From the NCBI GenBank assembly GCA_044226625.1, contig JBGAGQ010000076.1, positions 1 through 28,253 of the forward strand: a stretch of 28,253 nt of DNA, written 5' to 3'. Every line of letters starts with the position of its first letter. The first letter of the stretch is position 1. The position numbers and the translations under genes are program-made. Below the pieces are notes generated by a model. The model did not search any database and was not told the DNA's origin. It was given only the letters and a program-made list of their open reading frames with translations. The stretch is from Thermoanaerobaculia bacterium (lineage in GTDB: Bacteria; Acidobacteriota; Thermoanaerobaculia; Multivoradales; UBA5704). Shown here piece by piece: positions 16,498 to 25,613 of this stretch.

Positions 16498-19155
16498 TCA
16501 GCCCGTCCGGAGCGCGGAGAGCGGCTCGGTCCGTGCGGCGCGTGAGGCCGGAACGAAAGACGCCAGGGCGGCGAGGGCGGCCATCGCGAATGCGCTGACG
16601 AGGTATGTGACCGGATCGTGGCCGCTGACTCCGTAGAGCAGGCTCGCGGCGGCGCGCGATATCCCGAGCGAGCCGACGAGGCCGAACCCGACCCCGAGCG
16701 CCGCGAGACGGAGGGTGCGCGCGAAGGTGCGCCCGCGGATATCGGACGCCGTGGCGCCCAAGGCCATCCGGATCCCGAACTCGGAGCGTCGCTCGGTGAC
16801 GACGAACGAGATGAGGCCATAGATCCCGAGCGCGGCGAGGAGCAACGCAAAGGCGGCGAACGCGGACAGGAGCAGGACGATCGCGCGGCGAGGTGCGACC
16901 GATCGATCGACCACGGAGTCGAGGAGCGTGACGCCGTTGCCGGGGATCTGGGGGGCGACCGGCTCGAGCGCAGCGCGCAGCGACGCCGCGGCCTCCGCGG
17001 GCTGGAACGCGCTTCTCGCGACGAGGTGGAGCGCCGCATAGTCGCGGGTCTGGCGAATCGGCAGGTAGAACTCGAACCCGGAATCGGCTTCGGGCGAAAG
17101 GTGACGCACGTCGCCGACCACTCCGACGACGAGGCGGTCGACGTCGGCGCGCAGGGTCTTGCCGATCGCCTCTTCGGCTGGCCAGAGATTCTTGGCGAGC
17201 GCGGCGTTGACGAGAACGACGGGTTGGGTGCCGTCGCGGTCGCGGGGGTCGAAGTCCCGGCCTCCGAGGAGCGACAGGCCCAACGCCGCAAGATAGCCGT
17301 CGCTCACCACTCGCACGAAGGCGCTGGGCGGCGGATCGGCTTCGGTATACGCCACCCCCTGCTTCCCCACGTTCCAACTACGGTTGCCCGAGAGGGGGAG
17401 GACGTCGGTGAGCCCGGCCGCCTGAATGCCGGGGGTCGCTCGGGCAAGCCGAAGGATCTCGTCGACGTACGCTTCGCTCGAGCCGTCCGCTCCGGCCGCG
17501 CGCCCGGCCGGGGGGCGATCGTCCAACCGGAGAGCCACCGAGCGTTCCGGCCGGAATCCGAGATCGACCTCGAGCACGAGGCGCAGGCTTTTGGCTAGAA
17601 GTCCCGCGCCGACCAGCAGGAGCGAGGCGAAGGCGATCTCGGCGACGACCAGGCCCGAGCGGAGAGCCTCCTGACGACGGCTGCCCGTGGCGGTTCGCCC
17701 CGAGCCCTGAAGGGCGTCGCGGACCGCGCGGAAGGGGACGATGGCGAGCGGGGCCGCACCGAGAACGAAGGCGACGAGCGCCCCGGCGGTGAGCGCGAAC
17801 CCGATCGCGACGGTGTCGAAGCGAACGCTCTCTCGCAGAGCGAACGCGAGCGAGTCGAGCCCCGCCACGGCGCGGGCTCCGAGCGCCGCGAGCGCGAGGC
17901 CCAAGGCGGTGGCTGCGATCGCAAGCAGCAGGCCTTCCGCCGCCGATTGCCGCGCGATCTGCGCGCGGCCGCCGCCGAGGGCGAGGCGGATCGCCTGCTC
18001 GCGTCGGCGCGCCGCGGACCGCGCGAGCCCGAGACTCGACAAATTCGCGCAGACGATGAGCAGCAAGAGCCCGACCGCCGTCGCGAGCAGCCCGAGCGCG
18101 GCGTGGAGGCCGCCGCGAACCCGCTCTTCAAACGGCCGAATGGAAAGGCGTAACCCCTCGCGCTCATGGCGCGCGCCGATCGCTCCGATCAGCGTCTCGG
18201 CCTCCGCGCGCGCCTCGTCGAAACCGAAGCCGGGGCGGAGCCGTCCGACGACCGAAAGCGTGTTGCCCATCCTGTCGACCGCATCGTTCAGCGGCAAGGG
18301 AGAGAAGAAGTCCACGCTCGTTCCCGGCGCGAGCAGCGATCCGAAGTCGAACGGGACCACGCCCACGACCGTGCGGTTTCGCCCTCCGAGATCGAGGGTC
18401 CTGCCGACGAGGCTCGGATCGCGCGCGAAACGCCGCGCCCAGAATCTTTCAGAGAGGAGCACCACGTCGAGGTTCTGCTCCGCCTCCTCGGCCGTAAACG
18501 TCCGGCCCTGGAGCGGGGTGACGCCTAAGACCGAGAAGAAGCTGCGAGTGACGGGGACGACAGTCAACCGCTCGGGCTCGCCCCTTCCGACCAGCTTCTC
18601 GTCGGCGACTTGATAGAACCCAAAGTAGGCGCCGAGGTCCGAGAAGGCGTGGGTCTGGTCGCGAAGCTCGCGGAATACCGAGACCCGGAGCGTCTCGTTC
18701 GACAGATCGCCGCGATGCTCGCTCGCGGCTTCGATCCATGCCAGCCGAGAGGGCTCGGCCACCGGCAGCGGTCGGAGCAGCAGCGCCTCGACAACAGAGG
18801 CAATCGTCGTCGCGGCGCCGATCCCCACTCCCGCGATCAGGATCGAAAAGAGGGAGTACCCCGCGTCGCGGCGGAGCGAGCGGACCGCGAAGCGAAGCTC
18901 GCGCCCGAGCGATTCGACGAGCGGCAGCGAGCGCGCCTCGCGGTGGGCTTCGGCGAGCTGCGCCGCGCCGCCGAGAGCGATCCGCGCCGCTCGCGCCGCC
19001 TCTGCCGGGGGCATGCCGCGCTTCACGTTCTCCTCGGTAGCGAGCTGCAGGTGGACCTCGATCTCCTCGGCGAGCTCGCGATCGAGGCGGCTGCCGGAGA
19101 AGAACGCTCGACATCGGGCGGCCAGGCGGCGAAGCGCTCCGAGTCGGTCGCGCAT
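16498..19155 (-). CDS. ADOP-family duplicated ABC permease (MacB-PCD/FtsX domains, twice)
   Basis: Permease prefix LDRELAEEIEVHL...ARIALGG, LLIVCANL, REQAIRLALG, and EFGIRMALGA. Start ATG 19155 overlaps the padR stop (TGATG). Confidence 0.92.
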   Translation of the reverse strand: MRDRLGALRRLAARCRAFFSGSRLDRELAEEIEVHLQLATEENVKRGMPPAEAARAARIALGGAAQLAEAHREARSLPLVESLGRELRFAVRSLRRDAGYSLFSILIAGVGIGAATTIASVVEALLLRPLPVAEPSRLAWIEAASEHRGDLSNETLRVSVFRELRDQTHAFSDLGAYFGFYQVADEKLVGRGEPERLTVVPVTRSFFSVLGVTPLQGRTFTAEEAEQNLDVVLLSERFWARRFARDPSLVGRTLDLGGRNRTVVGVVPFDFGSLLAPGTSVDFFSPLPLNDAVDRMGNTLSVVGRLRPGFGFDEARAEAETLIGAIGARHEREGLRLSIRPFEERVRGGLHAALGLLATAVGLLLLIVCANLSSLGLARSAARRREQAIRLALGGGRAQIARQSAAEGLLLAIAATALGLALAALGARAVAGLDSLAFALRESVRFDTVAIGFALTAGALVAFVLGAAPLAIVPFRAVRDALQGSGRTATGSRRQEALRSGLVVAEIAFASLLLVGAGLLAKSLRLVLEVDLGFRPERSVALRLDDRPPAGRAAGADGSSEAYVDEILRLARATPGIQAAGLTDVLPLSGNRSWNVGKQGVAYTEADPPPSAFVRVVSDGYLAALGLSLLGGRDFDPRDRDGTQPVVLVNAALAKNLWPAEEAIGKTLRADVDRLVVGVVGDVRHLSPEADSGFEFYLPIRQTRDYAALHLVARSAFQPAEAAASLRAALEPVAPQIPGNGVTLLDSVVDRSVAPRRAIVLLLSAFAAFALLLAALGIYGLISFVVTERRSEFGIRMALGATASDIRGRTFARTLRLAALGVGFGLVGSLGISRAAASLLYGVSGHDPVTYLVSAFAMAALAALASFVPASRAARTEPLSALRTG

Positions 19156-19499
19156 CAGCTCTCCTCCTCGAGCTTGAGCAGCCTTTCGATGACGCCCGAG
19201 ATCCGCGCCCAGTTCTTCTCTTCGACCGCGAGCTGGCGCTTGCCCGCGCGCGTGATCGAGTAGAAGCGCGCCCGGCGGTTGTTCTCCGACGTGCCCCATT
19301 CGGCCTGGATCCAGCCCTTCTGGACCAGGCGGACCAGGCAGAGGTAGATGGTCCCCTGATTGACCATCAGGGTGTTCTCGCTCACCTGCTCGATCCGGCG
19401 CGCGATGCCGTAGCCGTGCTGCGAGCCCATCGTCTGAAGCGTTCGCAAGACCATCAAATCCAGTGTGCCCTGAAGGATTTCGGATCGATCGCCGGTCAC
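19155..19499 (-). CDS. PadR-family transcriptional regulator, acidobacterial type
   Basis: LQGTLDLMVL, HGYGIARRIEQ, NQGTIY and WGTSENNRRARFYSIT. GTG 19499 follows AAGGAG. Confidence 0.93.
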   Translation of the reverse strand: MTGDRSEILQGTLDLMVLRTLQTMGSQHGYGIARRIEQVSENTLMVNQGTIYLCLVRLVQKGWIQAEWGTSENNRRARFYSITRAGKRQLAVEEKNWARISGVIERLLKLEEES

Positions 19500-19503
19500 T
19501 TGG

Positions 19504-19555
19504 CTCTCCTTTGGGATGCAAAGAGGAGTGTGCCGGCTTTCCTGTGGGGTGTCAA
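19504..19555 (-). promoter_or_regulatory. padR promoter and candidate autoregulatory operator
   Basis: TTGACA-N17-CACACT (19555-19527), followed by the imperfect palindrome CTCCTCTTTG-N5-CAAAGGAGAG covering the RBS. Confidence 0.6.
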
Positions 19556-19593
19556 GAGGAAGGGGGCGGGCCGAAGCTGCCACAATAGCCATC

Positions 19594-20217
19594 ATGCAAA
19601 CCTTCCTCTGGAACGGCCCCGCCGACGCCCGCATGACGATCGTTCTCGCCCACGGCTCCGGGGCGCCGATGGATTCTCCGTTTCTCGAACGGTTCGCGGA
19701 GGGGCTCGCTGAGCGTGGGATTCGCGTCGCGCGGTTCGAGTTTCCCTACATGCAGGCTCGCCGCGAGGGAGGTAAAGGAGGCCCGCCTGATCGGACGCCC
19801 GTCCTGCTCGAGTCGTGGCGGGCGGCATACGAGGCGGTCCGAGGCGAGGGGACGGGGCGGGTCGCGGTCGGCGGGAAGTCGCTCGGCGGGCGGATGGCGA
19901 GCCTGATCGCGGACGAGGTCGGTGCCGCGGGCCTCGTCTGCCTCGGCTATCCGTTCCATCCGCCGGCGCAGCCGACGAAGCTCCGCACGGCGCATCTCGA
20001 AAAGCTCCGGACGCCGACGTTGATCCTCCAGGGGACCCGCGATCCGTTCGGCACGCCGCAGGACGTCGCCGGGTACCTGCTCTCGCCCGCGATTCGCGTG
20101 GAATGGCTCGAGTCGGGGGAGCATTCCTGGAAGCCGCTCGCCCGTTCGGGACGGACCGAGGCGCAGAACATGGCCGAGGGGATCGAAAAGGCGGCGGAGT
20201 TCCTGCTGGTGCTTTAG
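19594..20217 (+). CDS. Alpha/beta hydrolase (KANL3/Tex30-like, dienelactone hydrolase-related)
   Basis: LAHGSGAPMDS, RFEFPYM, GGKSLGGR, LGYPFHPP, QGTRDPFG and GEHS give a Ser-Asp-His triad. Start MQTF at 19594. Confidence 0.88.
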   Translation: MQTFLWNGPADARMTIVLAHGSGAPMDSPFLERFAEGLAERGIRVARFEFPYMQARREGGKGGPPDRTPVLLESWRAAYEAVRGEGTGRVAVGGKSLGGRMASLIADEVGAAGLVCLGYPFHPPAQPTKLRTAHLEKLRTPTLILQGTRDPFGTPQDVAGYLLSPAIRVEWLESGEHSWKPLARSGRTEAQNMAEGIEKAAEFLLVL

Positions 20218-20286
20218 TCGCCGGCCATCTTCGGCGAGACGGAAGATCGGGTGCGTGAGGGCGGAGCGCCGAATGGGCTCCGGCCG

Positions 20287-22854
20287 TTAGGAGACTCGCT
20301 CGTGGAGCGCTTCGAGGATCGCGACCAGATCGGGCTCGATCGCGAGGACTTCCGCGAGGGGATCTTCCTTCAAGCTCCGCACGCGACGCGGCACCGTCTT
20401 GATCGTGAACTGGCTCGGCGAGAGCGAGCTCTTGAGCTCCTGCCAGCGGAGGGGTGTGGAGACCGTCGCCCCGGGCCGCGGCCGCGCGGAAAACGGCGCC
20501 GCGATCAGCTTGCCCCGGCCATTCTGGAGAAAGTCGACGTAGACCCGGCCGCGGCGGGCGGCGAGGTTGCGCTCGATCGTCGCGATCTTCGGTAGCTCGT
20601 GGGCGGCGTGGCGGGCGATCACCTCGGCGAGTTGCCGCGCTTGGTCGAAGCCGCAGCGGCGGCCGAGCGGCAGGAGGATGTGGAGCCCCGAGCCGCCGCT
20701 GGTCTTCAAGAACGGGGTCCAGCCGATCTCACGGCAGAAGTCGCCGAGGAAGCGGGCGATCTCGATGACGTGAGAAAACGGCGCCCCTTTCGGATCGAGA
20801 TCGAGGATCGCCCAATCGGGCAGGTCGAGCGCGTCGGCGCGGCTCGCCCAGACGTGCAGCGGGATCACGCCGAGGTTCGCGAGAAAGGCGAGCGTGTCGG
20901 CGTCGTCGCACAGGATGTAATGGATGTCGCGTGGCCCCTGCTCGCCCGATTCGCTGCGGATCGCGACGGTGCGGATCCACTCGGGCAGAAAGCGCGAGGC
21001 GTCCTTTTGGTAGAACGATTTTCCCTCGATCCCGTCCGGGTAACGGTCGAGCACCAACGGCCGTTCGGCGAGGTAGGGAAGGATCGAGGGCGCGATCGCG
21101 ACGTAGAAGTCGATCAGGTCTCCCTTCGTATATCCCTCGTCGGGCCAGAAGACCTTCTCTCGATGGGTAAAGGCGAGTTTCCGCCGTGAGGCCGAAGGCG
21201 GCAGCGGCGCGGGGGGCTCGGCGCCGTCTTCGTCCGCGTCGGCTTCCGAGCTGGATGACGTTCCCTGGCGCACGCACTCCTCGGCCTTCTTGTCGTCGCG
21301 CAGCCGGAGGAACACCGGATGCCTCAGGTGCCCGTCGTTCGTCCACTCTTTGTAGCGGACCTCGACCACGACGCGCGGCTCCAGCCAGACGTGGCGTCCG
21401 GTTTTCGGCAACGCGCCGGTCGCCACGGGGCGATCGCGCCGGTAGGGCTCGAGGAGCTTGCGGATGTCGTTCAGCTGCTTCTCGGTAAAGCCGCTGCCGA
21501 CGCTGCCGGCGTACCTCCAGACGTCTCCGTCGCGCACCGCGAGATGGAGGCCGGCGAAACCGGGGCGGCCGCGCGACTCCGATTCTTTCCAACCGACGAC
21601 CGCGAAATCGTCGGTTTGGTCGACGCGGATCTTCAACCAGTCCGCATGACGTCCGGTGCGATAGGGTCCAGCCGAGCGCTTGGCCAAGATCCCTTCGAGG
21701 CCGAGGGAGACCACGGCGCCGTGGAGGTCCACGCCGCGGGTTTCCACGTGCTCGGTGTAGCGGATCACGCCCGCCTGCGGCAGCATCCGTTCGAGCAGCC
21801 GCTTCCGCTCGATCAGCGGGACCGTCCGCGCGTCGAATCCTTCGAAGGCCAAGAGATCGAACGCGAAAAGCGTCGACGGGTTTTCGACCGCCGCCCGCTC
21901 CGCCTCGAGCGCGCCGCCGATCTGGCCGCGGTTCTGCAGCCGTTGAAAGCTCGGATGGCCGGAATCGTCCACCACGACGACTTCGCCGTCGATCACGAAC
22001 GACGAGTAGGGCAACGCCGAAATCGCGCGCGCGATCTCGGGAAAGGTGCGCGTGGCGTCGCGGCCGCTCCGGTAGAGCAGACAGGTCTCCCCTTCGGACT
22101 TCTCGGCGACGAGGCGATAGCCGTCGTACTTGAGCTCGAACAGCCACCCGGCGCGCGAGAAGGGTTGATCGTGCGGCTCGGCGAGCATCACCTTGAGGTC
22201 GCGCGCTCGGAGCGGCTTTTGTGGCGCGCCGAGCTCTCGCAGCGCGGCGCGGATCTCCTGGGCACGAGGATCGCCGTCGCGCAGGTCTTCGACGGTGAGC
22301 CCCGAGAGGATCGAGCGGGGCGAATAGCCCTCGGCCCCGGTCGCGTTCGCCCATTCGTCGCGCTCTTTGATCAACAACCAGCCGGCGGGATCCTTCTTGA
22401 GCTTGACCAGTGTCCACCGGCCGCGGAGTTTGTAACCTTTCAATTCGAAGAGGAGCTTGCCGGTTTCTAAACCTTCCTCCATGTCGAGCAAGGGTACGTA
22501 GCGCCCGCGATCCCAGACGATCATCTGTCCCGCGCCATAGTTCCCCTTGGGGATCACCCCTTCGAAGTCCGCGTACTCCAGAGGATGGTCCTCGACGTGG
22601 ACGGCCATGCGTTTCTCGGTCGGATCGTCCGAGGGGCCCTTGGGCACCGCCCACGACTTGAGAGCGCCGCCGATCTCCATCCGCAGGTCCCAGTGGAGAG
22701 CGCGCGCGGCATGCTGTTGGACGACGAAAAGCCGAGGCCGCTCGGCGCCGTCGAGGCCCATGGGCTCGGGGGTGGCCGACGCGTCTCGCTTGGCGCGGTA
22801 CTTGGCCAAGCCGGAGGAGCTGGACGGTGCGGCGTGGGATTTCCCTGGTTTCAT
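20287..22854 (-). CDS. ligD: NHEJ DNA ligase D (phosphoesterase-ligase-polymerase order)
   Basis: Phosphoesterase: QQHAARALHWDLR, SWAVPKGP. Ligase: ELKYDGYR, EGILAK, LRHPVF. Polymerase: RYPDGI, LDLDP, KTSGGSGLH. Confidence 0.97.
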   Translation of the reverse strand: MKPGKSHAAPSSSSGLAKYRAKRDASATPEPMGLDGAERPRLFVVQQHAARALHWDLRMEIGGALKSWAVPKGPSDDPTEKRMAVHVEDHPLEYADFEGVIPKGNYGAGQMIVWDRGRYVPLLDMEEGLETGKLLFELKGYKLRGRWTLVKLKKDPAGWLLIKERDEWANATGAEGYSPRSILSGLTVEDLRDGDPRAQEIRAALRELGAPQKPLRARDLKVMLAEPHDQPFSRAGWLFELKYDGYRLVAEKSEGETCLLYRSGRDATRTFPEIARAISALPYSSFVIDGEVVVVDDSGHPSFQRLQNRGQIGGALEAERAAVENPSTLFAFDLLAFEGFDARTVPLIERKRLLERMLPQAGVIRYTEHVETRGVDLHGAVVSLGLEGILAKRSAGPYRTGRHADWLKIRVDQTDDFAVVGWKESESRGRPGFAGLHLAVRDGDVWRYAGSVGSGFTEKQLNDIRKLLEPYRRDRPVATGALPKTGRHVWLEPRVVVEVRYKEWTNDGHLRHPVFLRLRDDKKAEECVRQGTSSSSEADADEDGAEPPAPLPPSASRRKLAFTHREKVFWPDEGYTKGDLIDFYVAIAPSILPYLAERPLVLDRYPDGIEGKSFYQKDASRFLPEWIRTVAIRSESGEQGPRDIHYILCDDADTLAFLANLGVIPLHVWASRADALDLPDWAILDLDPKGAPFSHVIEIARFLGDFCREIGWTPFLKTSGGSGLHILLPLGRRCGFDQARQLAEVIARHAAHELPKIATIERNLAARRGRVYVDFLQNGRGKLIAAPFSARPRPGATVSTPLRWQELKSSLSPSQFTIKTVPRRVRSLKEDPLAEVLAIEPDLVAILEALHERVS

Positions 22855-22882
22855 CGGTCTTTAGGGGGAGTATGATAGCGCC

Positions 22883-23791
22883 ATGAGCGCACGAGCCTAC
22901 GCCTCCGGCACCGTCTCCTTCGGCCTCGTCTCGATTCCGATCAAGCTCTACTCGACCGGTGAAGCGTCGACCGGCGTTCACCTGAACTGGCTTCATAAGA
23001 AATGCGGCACGCGCTTGAAGCAGCAGTACGTCTGCCCGCTCGACAACGAAGTCGTGGGCAAGGACGAGATGGTGAAAGGGTTCGAGTACACCAAGGGGCA
23101 ATATGTTCTTTTCACCGAGGACGAGCTGAAGGCTCTGGTTCCCGAGCCGACGAACGCGATCGATATCGCGGAGTTCATTCCGCTCGACAAGATCGATCCG
23201 ATCTATTTCGAAAAGACCTACTACCTGGGACCGGACAAGGGAGGCGACCGCCCGTACCTTCTCCTTTCCCAGGCGATGCGCGACACCGGCCGCGCGGCGA
23301 TCGCGCGATACCGGGCGCGCGGCAAGGACTACCTGGTGTTGCTGCGCCCGTTCGAAAACGGTGTGGTCATGCAGCAGCTGCGCTATGCCGACGAAATCCG
23401 GTCGTTTTCCGAGGTGCCGCTCGGACACGCCGAGGTGAAACCCGCGGAGCTGAACCTGGCCAAGATGCTGATCGACCAGATCGCCACCGATACCTTCAAG
23501 CCCGAGCAGTACGAGGACGACGTGCGAATGAAGACCCGCGCCCTGATCGACAAGAAGGTCGAGGGCGAGGAGATCACCGCGCCTGTCGAGGAGGCGCCGA
23601 AGGCGCAGATCATCGACCTCATGGCGGCGCTGAAGGCGAGTCTCGCGGGGTCCGGCGGAGGGGCGAAGGGCGAGCCAGCCAAGGCGGAGCGCAAGCCGGC
23701 GAAGCCGAGCCCGAGAAAGCCCGCAAAGAAGGCCGACAAGGAAGATCTCGCCGAGGTGACGCCGATGCGCAAGAAGGCCGCCCGCGGCTGA
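22883..23791 (+). CDS. ku: NHEJ DNA end-binding protein Ku
   Basis: SGTVSFGLVSIPIKLY, IDPIYFEKTYYLGP and IIDLMAALKASL, with a Lys/Pro/Ala-rich basic tail. Divergent from ligD. Confidence 0.97.
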   Translation: MSARAYASGTVSFGLVSIPIKLYSTGEASTGVHLNWLHKKCGTRLKQQYVCPLDNEVVGKDEMVKGFEYTKGQYVLFTEDELKALVPEPTNAIDIAEFIPLDKIDPIYFEKTYYLGPDKGGDRPYLLLSQAMRDTGRAAIARYRARGKDYLVLLRPFENGVVMQQLRYADEIRSFSEVPLGHAEVKPAELNLAKMLIDQIATDTFKPEQYEDDVRMKTRALIDKKVEGEEITAPVEEAPKAQIIDLMAALKASLAGSGGGAKGEPAKAERKPAKPSPRKPAKKADKEDLAEVTPMRKKAARG

Positions 23792-23952
23792 CGTCCCCGG
23801 TTCCAAGTTTTTCAAGCGGCTTCCGAAGTCGCGCGTATTTGTGACAACGCTCAGGCTTCGCCTCTTGATGCCGGTTTGCCTCGATTCGGCCGGCGGGGCC
23901 GCCGAATAGGGGTTTCTCGAGGAAGTTTCGGACTTCCTATGTTCCTGCACAG

Positions 23953-23969
23953 CGGGCATGACGATTGCT
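23953..23969 (+). promoter_or_regulatory. Possible sigma54 promoter upstream of the response regulator
   Basis: CGGGCATGACGATTGCT gives GG-N10-GC with the TTGCT -12 element. Confidence 0.45.
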
Positions 23970-24067
23970 TAGCGCTTTGGCGATCTCCGTCGTCATGCCG
24001 GCCGGGCAAAGCTCTTCCCGGCGCTTCAAATTTGCGGCCGCTCACGCGGCCTCCGGAAAGGTGCGAA

Positions 24068-24724
24068 ATGCCCTCAGGCCGTCCCCGCGCCCTGCTCGCT
24101 GACGAGCATCCGATGTTCCTCGCGGGGCTCAGGGGGTTGCTGGAACCGGATCTCGAAATCGTCGGGACCGTAACGGATGGCCTTGCGCTCGTGGCGGTCG
24201 CGGAGCGCCTTCTACCCGACCTTGTCATCACCGACGTCGAGATGCGGGGTCTCGGCAGAATCGAACCGACGCGCAGGGTCCTCGCGGCAGTCCCCGGCGT
24301 CAAAGTTTTGGTCCTGAGCATCCACGCCGAGCCCTCCTGCGTGCGTGCGGCGTTCGATGCCGGCGCCAAGGGTTATCTCACCAAAACCTCTCCGCCTGAG
24401 GAGATCGAGCGCGCCGTCCGCTCGGTGCTCGCGGACCGTTTCTACGTCGGTCCGGCGGTGGCCCGCGCCCTCGTCGAGAGGACCGCTCTCCCGTTCGAAT
24501 CGCAAGACCCGATCGCCGACGTCCTGACCTTGCGCGAAGCGGAGATCCTCCAGCTCGTGGCGGAGGGGTTGGGCAACCGTCAGATCGCCACTCGGCTGGG
24601 TCTGGCGGTTTCCACGGTTCGCACTCACCTCTCCCACCTGTACGAGAAGCTTCACCTCAGGAGCCGGGTGGAGCTGGCTCTGTTCGCCTCGCAGGCGGGT
24701 GGGATGGGCGACATGGCCGAATGA
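24068..24724 (+). CDS. NarL/FixJ-family response regulator (REC + LuxR HTH)
   Basis: LLADEHP, PDLVITDVEM, LS, GAKGYLTK, and the HTH LTLREAEILQLVAEGLGNRQIA...TVRTHL. The likely start is ATG 24068 rather than 23876. Confidence 0.9.
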   Translation: MPSGRPRALLADEHPMFLAGLRGLLEPDLEIVGTVTDGLALVAVAERLLPDLVITDVEMRGLGRIEPTRRVLAAVPGVKVLVLSIHAEPSCVRAAFDAGAKGYLTKTSPPEEIERAVRSVLADRFYVGPAVARALVERTALPFESQDPIADVLTLREAEILQLVAEGLGNRQIATRLGLAVSTVRTHLSHLYEKLHLRSRVELALFASQAGGMGDMAE

Positions 24725-24732
24725 GCCAATCC

Positions 24733-24766
24733 GGGGAGGCCTGAGCCCGGGCCTCCACGCGAGCAG
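24733..24766 (+). repeat. Palindromic REP-like/terminator-like element, copy 2
   Basis: GGGGAGGCCTGAGCCCGGGCCTCCACGCGAGCAG, 8 nt after the regulator stop. Similar to the reverse complement of 4931-4964. Confidence 0.55.
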
Positions 24767-24802
24767 GGATTGGGCGACACGCAGCGGACGAACGGCACCA
24801 GC

Positions 24803-24834
24803 AAAAAAAGGCCCGCGCCAGCGCGCGGGCCTTT
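24803..24834 (-). terminator. Intrinsic terminator of the Cys-rich gene (possibly bidirectional)
   Basis: AAAGGCCCGCGC-N4-GCGCGGGCCTTT, with a 7-U tract on the minus strand. Confidence 0.85.
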
Positions 24835-24859
24835 CGCCTTCGGGAGAGAGACGGTCCTA

Positions 24860-25462
24860 CTAGGACTGGTTGCAGGTGATGCCGGCCGAGGCCGCACGCT
24901 GCCGGAGGAGGTTGTTGCAGTTCCGGCCCTGCGCTTCGGTGATGAACAGCGCGCCGTCGAACCAGTTGCCGCAGGCAGCGCCGAAGCCGGTGATCACCTC
25001 GGAAGCCGGCCAGAAGGAGCCCGCGGTCTGCAGGATCACGAGATCGAAGCTCGACCCCGGAGTGCCGATCTGGAAGCAGCCGGACAACGGGCCGGCCAGG
25101 GTGTCGGCAAAGCCGGGGAAACCGGTGACGCAGGGGCAGTCGCAAGGCAGGCCCTGGCCGGTGATGTTCGCGAAGTTGGTGCGTACCCGGTCGCAGGCCC
25201 GCTGCGACGCTTGCGGGGCGCCGCTGTCGCAGTCCATGGCCTCACAATAGGCGGTGCAGAGACCGTGCGCGGCGCCCGTGGTGCCGTTGCAGATCGTCTC
25301 TGCCGACGGGGGAACGCCATCCGGCGTGCCGTTTCCGGAGAGGGCGCGATCCATGAAGTCTTGGGCACCTTGAGCATTGGCCGGCATCTGAGCCGAGGTT
25401 GCCGCGGCGCAAGCGAAGACGAGACAGAAGGCGAGCGCGAAACGGCCAAACGTGCTTGTCAT
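24860..25462 (-). CDS. Secreted cysteine-rich protein (12 Cys after the signal peptide)
   Basis: Signal peptide ending TSA, GGGAG RBS, motif TPDGVPPSAETIC...GLCTAYCEAMDCD, and its own terminator. Confidence 0.85.
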   Translation of the reverse strand: MTSTFGRFALAFCLVFACAAATSAQMPANAQGAQDFMDRALSGNGTPDGVPPSAETICNGTTGAAHGLCTAYCEAMDCDSGAPQASQRACDRVRTNFANITGQGLPCDCPCVTGFPGFADTLAGPLSGCFQIGTPGSSFDLVILQTAGSFWPASEVITGFGAACGNWFDGALFITEAQGRNCNNLLRQRAASAGITCNQS

Positions 25463-25593
25463 TCTTTTTCTCCCAATAAAATCGGCGATTCCCGGTCTCG
25501 GGGAAAACTGCCGGAGTCAATTGATAAGTTCAAGATAACGGTTCGTCTCTGTCCAGGGTATCGGCAGAAGAGAGGATCTCGCCCCCCCATGGG

Positions 25594-25613
25594 CATCCTC
25601 TCTAGGGAGGATG
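25594..25613. promoter_or_regulatory. 20-bp near-perfect palindrome, candidate transcription-factor site
   Basis: CATCCTC-T-CTAG-G-GAGGATG, in the gap between divergent genes. Confidence 0.55.

Noticed and set aside
19156-19521. Apparent PadR-permease fusion or longer permease
   Set aside because: The two genes are in different frames with a normal TGATG overlap, so no frameshift is needed.
20729-23959. 1076-aa minus-strand ORF
   Set aside because: It is antisense to ku and out of frame with ligD. It is Arg/Gly-rich with no motifs, typical of a high-GC shadow ORF.
25463-25520. 5' UTR hairpin of the Cys-rich gene as a riboswitch
   Set aside because: It is a simple stem with no recognisable aptamer consensus.
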